A DNA stretch of 64,000 bases, taken from an uncultured Gemmatimonadales bacterium. Its GTDB lineage: Bacteria > Gemmatimonadota > Gemmatimonadetes > Longimicrobiales > RSA9. The notes beneath the pieces were generated by a model. The model was not told where the DNA came from. It saw only the letters and a list, made by a program, of their open reading frames with translations, and did no database searches. The DNA lies in contig CAWAYJ010000017.1 in the NCBI GenBank assembly GCA_963786235.1, forward strand, positions 245,855-309,854, in the 5' to 3' direction. Both the position numbers and the translations under genes were made by a program. Below, one piece after another: positions 28,862-35,949 of this stretch (its first letter is position 1; each line of letters starts with the position of its first letter).

Positions 28862-29695
28862 ATGCGAGTTGCAGTCTATTGTCCACGGGGACTCAGCGAG
28901 TCGATCAAGCCAGCACTCGGATTCCCTGCAGAGTTCCACGATTCGTGGTCAGCGTTTGAGGAAGCGGTTCGCAGCGCAGATTGTGGCGTGTCCGTCATCG
29001 AGTGGTTGAGGGAATCGCCCGGAGCACCGGAATTGAAGGGGCTTCGCAACTCCCACCCGCAGACCGGCTTGGTCTTGGTGACAAGATTCGACCGTGAGAA
29101 CGGAGGCCTTCTCCCAGACACGGCCGATAGGTTCGTGTGGCTCGCAGAGGTCGAAGAGCACTTGAATCCTGCGGTAACGGAAGCGGGGCGCGGGCTGTGT
29201 GCGCGCTTGGAACGATACATCCGGATCCAGCTACCTCGTTCTGGAGCCGGGCGCCTCGGCAACATCCGCGACGCACTGCTGGTGCTTATCGATGTCGACC
29301 CGCCGGCAAGGACCGTGAAGGAGTGGTGCGCTCTCCGAGCCGTGTCATGTTCTGTTTCGACGCTACAAAAGGGGTTCGGAAACACATTCCAGTCCGGTAT
29401 CACACCCTTGTTCATCCTGGAAGTCGTGCGCTTGTACAAAGCGCTCGACGAATTCCCGAATGCCAGCTCGTGGAGGAAGCTTGCTTTGGAGGCAGGACCG
29501 AAGTGGTATGAAGACGGAAAACTCAGTCCCAAAACGCTGTCCAACACGGCTGCCCGGCTACTTGGGCAGGTCCGCGTACCCGCAGGGACCGGGAGACACA
29601 ATGGCGTATCGATGTGGGGCCCGCCGTTGGCCGAGAGACCCAGCTCCATAGACAGGCGCTCGTTGTTACACGCGCTCGTGGGGTTGCTTTGCTAG
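28862..29695 (+). CDS. Receiver-like plus AraC-like HTH regulator (paralog of 13043 and 61864)
   Basis: MRVAVYCPRGLSESIKP...VSVIEWL...LVLVTR... followed by ARTVKEWCALRAVSCSVSTLQKGFGNTFQSGITPLFILEVVRLYKAL. Confidence 0.6.
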   Translation: MRVAVYCPRGLSESIKPALGFPAEFHDSWSAFEEAVRSADCGVSVIEWLRESPGAPELKGLRNSHPQTGLVLVTRFDRENGGLLPDTADRFVWLAEVEEHLNPAVTEAGRGLCARLERYIRIQLPRSGAGRLGNIRDALLVLIDVDPPARTVKEWCALRAVSCSVSTLQKGFGNTFQSGITPLFILEVVRLYKALDEFPNASSWRKLALEAGPKWYEDGKLSPKTLSNTAARLLGQVRVPAGTGRHNGVSMWGPPLAERPSSIDRRSLLHALVGLLC

Positions 29696-30006
29696 CCGGT
29701 GCCGCGCGTATACTCGGGAACTGGTGTTCGCACATCCGCTTCGCGATACCGCCGAGTCGGCATTTGGTCCCGATTCATCCGCTTTTGGGCATAGTGCCAT
29801 GGTTCAGGTGAAGGTAATTTGGGAATGCACCTTTGGGGCCCCCGAGGAAAGAGGAAAGATCGAACTGGAGTGGCATGGATCGGGCTGAGCGACTGCCGAA
29901 GTCGTGTGTTGTAGAATACACTCCAGATCTTCCTCGGAAGTTGAGCATAGACTTGGCCACACGAGGTGCGGCCGAAGATGATCCCCTGACCAATGGAGGA
30001 TACGCC

Positions 30007-30513
30007 GTGTCTACCCGAACCGTCATCCGGTTTTCGCGCTCGCCATGGCATGTTGGTGTGGCGGTGTTGCTTGGACTGTTCGCCGGTGCTCAGGGGCTCC
30101 AAGCGCAGTCCCACCCGCAGAGCGTGACGGAGTGTTGGGACTGCCGAGTAGAGTACTACCAGCCGCTCGACTGTTGGATTGACTCTTGCTACTGGACGTC
30201 GGGCGCCGGATGGAGTAACTGTAGCCAGTTCGGAGATTGCCAGTCTGAAGAAACCTGCCAAGGCAATGGACACGGTTGCGAAGGCGGTTTGGCGATCCTG
30301 TTGGATGGCCGTTCTGCAGTCGGGCTCTCAGCCACCCAATTGCATGCGATTCTGGCGGAGGCCGGTCCCGACGAGATGGCGAGGATGGCATGGTCCACCG
30401 AGGGCGACACCGAGTATCTGAAACTATCGTGCAACGGCACGGTGATCCACGCCGAATATTCACGCGCAGAGACCGCGCGCCTTCGGCTTCGCACGCATCG
30501 GCTAGACATCTAA
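30007..30513 (+). CDS. Secreted Cys/His-rich protein, family member B
   Basis: GTG start with GGAGGA 6 nt upstream. Signal ...FAGAQGLQAQ. Twelve Cys, including CWDC. The C-terminal domain has YLKLSCNGTVIHAEYS. The stop overlaps the next start (TAATG). Confidence 0.6.
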   Translation: MSTRTVIRFSRSPWHVGVAVLLGLFAGAQGLQAQSHPQSVTECWDCRVEYYQPLDCWIDSCYWTSGAGWSNCSQFGDCQSEETCQGNGHGCEGGLAILLDGRSAVGLSATQLHAILAEAGPDEMARMAWSTEGDTEYLKLSCNGTVIHAEYSRAETARLRLRTHRLDI

Positions 30514-31745
30514 TGCCGGCGCTAGCTGTGTTCCGGGCCGCCGGGGCGGTGGCGGACCGAGCTGCGGCCGCGGCCGGAATCCTCGGCTTCGTCCTTGCGC
30601 CGGTGGGAGCCGCGGCGCAGTCGTTCCTGAGGGCTCTGCCGGCCCGAACGGCTCACTTGGAGATATCGCTGGGTGCCTTCGACGACCCGGTGCTCGCGTT
30701 TTCGAGGGTCTCCGGTGTCACAATGGACCGGGACGGGCGGATTTACGTGCTTCAGTCCACCGAACGCGAGGTTACGGTCCTGAATCCCAATGGAACCCTA
30801 TACCAGCGCATTGGCCGCAGGGGCCAGGGGCCCGGTGAATTCGAGGGACCGAATGCACTCGGCTGGCGGGGCGACACCTTGTGGGTAACGGACATCGCGC
30901 AGCAGCGGGTGTCCTGGTTCTACCAGGGACAACACTTGCGCACGAACCGGTTTGTGCCGGTTCGTCTGGAGCGGAGTGCAATGCCCGGCGCCCAAATCGC
31001 TACGCAATTGCCGATGGCGGACGGCTCCTACTTCACAATTATGTCGTGGAGGTTCGAGCGGCCGGCCGGCTCACCAGAGAATTACTTGCCAATCATTCGT
31101 ACCACGGCTGATGCAAGAACGGAAACGGTCGTAGCCCGGTTGCAGGAGTCCTTCCCGTTCCGGCTCATCATTGAAATACCGAACGGAAGATCCTACGGGT
31201 CACCTCTGTTCTCCGATTTTCCTCTACAAACCACGAGCACCTCCGGCGAGCGCTATGCGATCGTAGATCGGCCATTCGCCAAAGGGCCGCAGGTTCGCAT
31301 CCGTTTGACAGTACTCGAGGCATCAGGTGACACGGCGTACTCGCGCGTCTACATGGTCGACACTGAACCGCTTACCGACCAGCAGTGGAATGCGAGGCTC
31401 CAAGAAGCGATCGCGCGTGTGAACCGGCCCGATCGGCCCGCTCCGGGCTGGGGACTCCGCGAACTGGAAAAGGCCTCACGTAGACCAAGCCACTGGCCGG
31501 CGGCCACCGGGGTGATTCTGGGGTCGGATTTGTCGGTGTGGATCGGACTGGCCGACCTGCCGTGGCGGGCGGACCGGGACTGGGCAGTTCTCGACAGTCA
31601 AGGCACCCCGCTCTTCAAGGTTAGTCTTCCTCGCGGCTTTTACCCCTCCACGGCGTCGTCGGCCAACATGGTCTGCGGAGTGTGGAACGACGAGCTAAAT
31701 GTACCCCACGTACAACTGTACCGGTTGGGCGAGGTCGGGGGCTGA
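30513..31745 (+). CDS. NHL-like 6-bladed beta-propeller protein (paralog 3)
   Basis: Signal ...APVGAAAQ, the motif GRRGQGPGEFEGP, and the C-terminal ..PHVQLYRLGE. It is translationally coupled on both sides. Confidence 0.75.
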   Translation: MPALAVFRAAGAVADRAAAAAGILGFVLAPVGAAAQSFLRALPARTAHLEISLGAFDDPVLAFSRVSGVTMDRDGRIYVLQSTEREVTVLNPNGTLYQRIGRRGQGPGEFEGPNALGWRGDTLWVTDIAQQRVSWFYQGQHLRTNRFVPVRLERSAMPGAQIATQLPMADGSYFTIMSWRFERPAGSPENYLPIIRTTADARTETVVARLQESFPFRLIIEIPNGRSYGSPLFSDFPLQTTSTSGERYAIVDRPFAKGPQVRIRLTVLEASGDTAYSRVYMVDTEPLTDQQWNARLQEAIARVNRPDRPAPGWGLRELEKASRRPSHWPAATGVILGSDLSVWIGLADLPWRADRDWAVLDSQGTPLFKVSLPRGFYPSTASSANMVCGVWNDELNVPHVQLYRLGEVGG

Positions 31746-32638
31746 TGAGCGGCGCAGCCCGACGAGAACTATGCCGGTCGGTCACGTGGCTTATGCTGTT
31801 TCCGGGTCCGGCCATGGCACAAGCGAAGCCAGCATTGACGCTGACAGAGGCTTGGTCCGTCCGCTGGCCCGAAAGGAGCAGGATATCGAGAGTCGTTCCA
31901 GGCGTGCAGATGAGAATCGCTATCCAGAGTGGCTCTTGGATCTACATGCTGAAGGACGCGCTTCCTCCCGTCCCGATCGGAAATTTCGAGATACTAGATG
32001 TCGTCGGATTGGCCGCCAGCGAGGCCGGCCTGGAACTCGTGGACCGCCGTACCCACCGCATCGTGCGAACGGACACGGCGGGGCGGGTCACATCCTGGAC
32101 GCCGGTCCCCACCGCCAGCGACGATGAGATCGCGTCGGGCGCATCGACTCCATGTGGTTGGGCGATCGGGTTGAGAGCGAACGGTGGCACCGGCAACCGT
32201 CTCCTGTTCCTGGACTGGGCGGAGCCAAAGAACCACCCGCTCGAACTTCCCTTTGCTCCGCGCCGACTAACTGCGACGGGAAAGTTGTTGGCGATAAGCG
32301 AGGACACGGCCCCCTATCGCGTGGCGCTCGTGAACTGCGACTCAACCCAGGTGATTACAATCGATACTTCCGAGGTCCAGGCGGATCTGGACATGCAGAC
32401 ATGGCGCCCGCTCCCGGCGTTCGTCGTCAACACGCAAGTTCTGCAGACATGGGTGGACGCGGGAAGCGACCGCCGGCGATTCGCATCCTACGGGCTGGAC
32501 GGGACGGTGCTCAGGTGGGTCGATCTCAGCGCACCCCTGACGCTAGTCGCCGCTTTCCCCTCGGGTTTCGTGATCGGTCTCCGCGGCATCGGAGATCTCG
32601 AGGTCGTAGGGTTCACGTTGAGTGCACAGGGGCGATAA
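31745..32638 (+). CDS. Secreted hypothetical protein, probably a divergent or degenerate member of the propeller family (paralog 4)
   Basis: The start overlaps the previous stop (TGATG). Signal ...GPAMAQA. It lacks the GPGEF motif but ends with the family-like strand DLEVVGFTLSAQGR. Confidence 0.5.
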   Translation: MSGAARRELCRSVTWLMLFPGPAMAQAKPALTLTEAWSVRWPERSRISRVVPGVQMRIAIQSGSWIYMLKDALPPVPIGNFEILDVVGLAASEAGLELVDRRTHRIVRTDTAGRVTSWTPVPTASDDEIASGASTPCGWAIGLRANGGTGNRLLFLDWAEPKNHPLELPFAPRRLTATGKLLAISEDTAPYRVALVNCDSTQVITIDTSEVQADLDMQTWRPLPAFVVNTQVLQTWVDAGSDRRRFASYGLDGTVLRWVDLSAPLTLVAAFPSGFVIGLRGIGDLEVVGFTLSAQGR

Positions 32639-33043
32639 TAGCGAGAGGGGCCAAACTAACAGGTGTGGTTGCCGGGTTTGGATCAGTTGGCGGTTGCATA
32701 CTCAAACGCACCGCAAAGGCCTCTGAAGATTATCAGATGTACCGCGTGAGCAATCGACGAATGGCTGGGAACAGCGGAAGAGTCTTGGCGTCGACGATTC
32801 AGTCGGCTTTGTCGGGCAGGGTAGCCGTAAGTACTCTTCTCGCGATAGCCGGCGGCCAGCCGGCGCGGCGAAAGTCGGAACGCGTGCCATGTTGGCTTAT
32901 GGCCGTGCTATCATCCCAGCCGAAGACCCTGCGAAGCAACTTGACGCTGAACAGACAGGCCGTTGAACGTTCATTCATTCTTGAACTGGCTATTTCTGCC
33001 CTGTGCAATGCGCAAAGTGATCGCGCGATGAAAGGGACTGCCA

Positions 33044-34192
33044 ATGCAAGCCGCTACGCACCAGCGCCGGTCAAAGTGCCGAGGCGTTCTCACCTTCCGG
33101 TTCGGTCCGATCACTTGCGCTTTGCTGGTTGTCGGAGCGATTGGCTGTGCAGAACCACCGGCGGCGTCGCAGGTCGCATCGCGGACAGCAGACGTGCAAT
33201 CCGCGTCCGAGGACTCGCTTCCGGCCGTCGAAATCGAAGCGCTTATTGCATTTGACTCAGCATACATGGCAATCGACTCGTTCACGCTCAAGCAAGACGA
33301 CGAGAACGTGGTTGCAAGAGTTGCCAATGTGGTTATCGATGAACACCGACATGTCGTCTTCGTAGTTGACGCCTCCGAGCGAAACGTGAAGGAATTCGAC
33401 TTCGGCGGCAGGTTGATTAAGGTGTACGGAAGAGCCGGTGCGGGCCCTGGCGAATTCCGGACCCCAGAGGACGGAGCCATCGACCCGCTTGGGCGGCTTG
33501 TGGTGTTCGACGGACTAGCGAATCGTGTAACGGTGTTCCTGCCAGACAGCGCGCCGCGAGTTGTGCAGGTACATGGCATGACAAAGGTACGCGACTTCAC
33601 GATCAGTGCGTCAGGGACATATCTCTTTGTGGCGGCACTGGCGAGCAATGAAGACGTCCTCTTTGAGACGAGTGAGGATGGCACGATCCTTCAGGAAGCC
33701 CTGCCGTTGGCGCACGTCGTCCCGGAAGGTGAAACCGACGGCCCACTGTGGACCTTTCCGCGTACGTTCTTTCTCAGTGCGCGCCAGGACACGGCATTAG
33801 TAATCTGCAGTCTATTGCCTCGCATTTGGAGAGTATCCCTCGCCGATCATTCAGTTGTCCATCAGGATGTCGTGTTTCCGGGGTATTTACCCCCACGGAG
33901 CCCTCCGCGAGATAAGAGCACCAGCACAGCGGATGTCGTACAGTGGTTCTATTCCCGACACCTGACCGCATTCCTAACAACGACGAGGAAAGAGGTCTTT
34001 TGGCCATTCATGCATGGAGAAGTCATGCAGAACAATCCGATGGTTGTTGTGCATCAAGGACCCGACGGGAAATGGGAAGCCCTCGACGGGGCACCAATCA
34101 TATTGAAGCCATTTGCTGACGGGCGTCTGCTCGTCTACAGGGACCCGACGGCGGATGCGCCGCGCTTTGTCATTTATCGGAGGCGACCATGA
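33044..34192 (+). CDS. NHL-like 6-bladed beta-propeller lipoprotein (paralog 5)
   Basis: Lipobox VVGAIGC, the motif GRAGAGPGEFRTP, and the C-terminal ..PRFVIYRRRP. Confidence 0.75.
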   Translation: MQAATHQRRSKCRGVLTFRFGPITCALLVVGAIGCAEPPAASQVASRTADVQSASEDSLPAVEIEALIAFDSAYMAIDSFTLKQDDENVVARVANVVIDEHRHVVFVVDASERNVKEFDFGGRLIKVYGRAGAGPGEFRTPEDGAIDPLGRLVVFDGLANRVTVFLPDSAPRVVQVHGMTKVRDFTISASGTYLFVAALASNEDVLFETSEDGTILQEALPLAHVVPEGETDGPLWTFPRTFFLSARQDTALVICSLLPRIWRVSLADHSVVHQDVVFPGYLPPRSPPRDKSTSTADVVQWFYSRHLTAFLTTTRKEVFWPFMHGEVMQNNPMVVVHQGPDGKWEALDGAPIILKPFADGRLLVYRDPTADAPRFVIYRRRP

Positions 34193-34214
34193 GGGGGCCG
34201 TTGTCTTGGTTGTG

Positions 34215-34709
34215 GTGAAACAGGTGACGGTTGTTGGAGTGCTTGTCGGGCAAATTGCAGGTGCGGCTTGTGCTCGCGAGCCGGAGGGATCCGGGACCCT
34301 CGTTGCGAGTGCGCTTGCGGCTGTCGGCCGCCATGGCGCACATCCAGTTTGTGGTGGACGGGCTCGCTTGGATGTGCATGGACGGCCGATCCTAGTCGTG
34401 ACAAAGGAGCAGTGCCTAGGGTGTGCGAACGTCGGCTTCGAAGCGCGGAAATGGCTCCGAACGGACGACGGCAAAGTCCTTGGACTTACACTTGCGACGC
34501 CGGCTGGCGACACGGCTATGGTATGCCGGTACGCCGCCATGGAACGTCTAGGCGTTCCAGTTGTTGCGCTAAGCGGAATGCCGGAGGCTGCGGTGCATTT
34601 TGCTGAGCGACATCTTGTGCTTATATCGGGGACTGATGGCGGCGTTCGGTGGGATACTGCCCAAACGGCGGATTCGATATTTGAACGGCTTGGAAGGATT
34701 GCTCACTGA
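34215..34709 (+). CDS. Thioredoxin-fold CxxC protein, exported (paralog of 22265..22780)
   Basis: GTG start; alternatives are 34206 and 34212. Signal/lipobox-like VVGVLVGQIAGAAC, then ILVVTKEQCLGCANVG. It lies directly downstream of propeller 33044..34192. Confidence 0.6.
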   Translation: MKQVTVVGVLVGQIAGAACAREPEGSGTLVASALAAVGRHGAHPVCGGRARLDVHGRPILVVTKEQCLGCANVGFEARKWLRTDDGKVLGLTLATPAGDTAMVCRYAAMERLGVPVVALSGMPEAAVHFAERHLVLISGTDGGVRWDTAQTADSIFERLGRIAH

Positions 34710-34792
34710 GAGTTGTAGGCGTGGGGAAGAGGTTGCCAGCTAAGCCAACGCGGGTGGCATCCGGCATTGAGACGAACGAAGGGAGGCTGACG

Positions 34793-34993
34793 ATGAAGAA
34801 GATTGTTCTCTCTGTTGTGTTTGCCGGGCTTGCTGCGCTCGGAGCAATGAGCTATTCGGCAGGCAGAGTGGCTGCGGCTGACGAGTGGCCTTTGGATCAC
34901 CCATTCGGCCGCGATTGTGAGCCGGGTTGTTACACGGTTTGTGGACCGCTCTGCTTTTGCTGCGATCAGAATATCTGTGGGCAGGGCTGTTAG
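34793..34993 (+). CDS. Small secreted Cys-rich peptide, 66 aa
   Basis: MKKIVLSVVFAGLAALGAMSYSAGRVAAADEWPLDHPFGRDCEPGCYTVCGPLCFCCDQNICGQGC. GGGAGG lies 6 nt upstream. There are eight Cys in the last 25 residues. The start is the internal Met of track ORF 34721..34993. Confidence 0.65.
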   Translation: MKKIVLSVVFAGLAALGAMSYSAGRVAAADEWPLDHPFGRDCEPGCYTVCGPLCFCCDQNICGQGC

Positions 34994-35029
34994 CAAGTCT
35001 ATGAGCCATGTAGTACGCGTCGTGCGAAA

Positions 35030-35341
35030 ATAGGATGCACCGAATGCTCCCCGCGTTGGCTGGTATGACGTTCGACCGCCCGCACGTAGTCACGGTTGCG
35101 AATAGCCGCCGGTGTAGCCGGCGGCCTGAATCTCCTCGAGGAGTCGGACCGAGGACAGCTCCGGGTACGCCTCGAGTCGGTGGCCGATGATCGCCTTGTA
35201 GGGATCCAGCTTCGTCGGCCGCGGCGGCCAGGACCGGTAGCGCGGCGCCTCGTCCAGATCCCGGTCGAGTTCGCCGGCCGCGATCCAGCGGGTGATCGTC
35301 CGCCGGTCGATGCCCAGTTGCCGGGCGATCGCTCGCTTCTG
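35030..35341 (-). mobile_element. istA: IS21-family istA 5' remnant (HTH region); truncated and frameshifted
   Basis: The minus strand encodes ..KRAIARQLGIDRRTITRWIAAGELDRD...LDPYKAIIGHRLEAYPELSSVRLLEEIQAAGYTGGYS, then a stop. RDYVRAVER continues in another frame. An in-frame stop directly precedes QKRAIA. Confidence 0.7.
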
Positions 35342-35371
35342 TCATCCATCATCTGAAATTCCCCACCCCGG

Positions 35372-35680
35372 TCACGTTGTAGGGACGGGTTCATGGGCCT
35401 GGGCGGACCGCAGGAGCCCGGCCCGGCGTTTCTCTTTCAGGCGGTAGCTCTCTCCTTTGATGTTGACGGTGGTGGCGTGGTGGAGCAGCCGGTCGAGGAT
35501 GGCGCTGGCGATGATGGTGTCGCCGAAGACGTCGCCCCAGGCGCCGAGGCTCTGGTTGCTGGTGAGCGGGATGGAGCCCCGTTCGTAGCGGCGGGAGACG
35601 AGCTGGAAGAAGAGGTTTGCGCCCTGGCGGTCGATGGGGATGTAGCCGATCTCGTCGATGATCAGGAGCTCAGTGGTGGG
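35372..35680 (-). mobile_element. istB: IS21-family istB 3' remnant (from Walker B to the C-terminus)
   Basis: The minus strand encodes ELLIIDEIGYIPIDRQGANLFFQLVSRRYERGSIPLTSNQSLGAWGDVFGDTIIASAILDRLLHHATTVNIKGESYRLKEKRRAG. The N-terminal half, including Walker A, is absent. Confidence 0.75.
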
Positions 35681-35817
35681 GTGGCTAGGTTTCCGCGGCC
35701 CATTGCCCGCCGCCGGGATCGCGGAAGCTCCGGCGGATTTGTGCCAATATTTGTGCAGAAAAAGGCCGTATCTGGCCGTAGGTGGTCAGGGCACTTCAGA
35801 GCGAACATTCAGCATTT

Positions 35818-35897
35818 CAACGAATTACGCTCCGACCCGCAGCTCCTGAAGCGGCCTCCGGAGCCGAAGATTACAGGTTCGAATCCTGCCCTGCGAC
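35818..35897 (+). other. tRNA-Arg(CCG)-like 3' fragment within a repeated intergenic element; not an intact tRNA
   Basis: Anticodon-arm-like cggc-CTCCGGA-gccg at 35852..35866 and T-arm-like caGGTTCGAATCCtg at 35874..35888. There is no matching 5' acceptor or D arm. The left ~50 nt resemble 48375..48427. Confidence 0.35.
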
Positions 35898-35949
35898 CGA
35901 GAATTGCTTTCGCTCGTGGCGTCGGCAGGTAGCGAGAGTCGCCGCGCTC

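Larger units (their letters stand above)
24425..29695 (+). repeat. Five-gene cassette, copy 1 (partner 57392..62652)
   Basis: Colinear similarity across LuxR, SARP-TPR, the 50-aa lipoprotein ORF, the C1-like protein and the receiver-like regulator. The left part is near-identical at nucleotide level; the right part is more diverged. Confidence 0.8.

Noticed and set aside
32702-32890. 62-aa minus-strand ORF with four Cys, in the gap between propeller genes
   Set aside because: It has no signal peptide, no SD and no similarity to the other Cys-rich peptides. It is on the opposite strand to the surrounding operons.
32152-33255. 367-aa plus-strand ORF spanning the 32.6-33.0 kb intergenic region
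   Set aside because: It overlaps two well-supported genes in other frames and is Arg/Gly-rich with no motifs.
35846-35897. Functional tRNA-Arg gene
   Set aside because: Only anticodon-arm-like and T-arm-like parts are present. No 5' acceptor strand complementary to cctgcga and no D-arm exist within 80 nt upstream.
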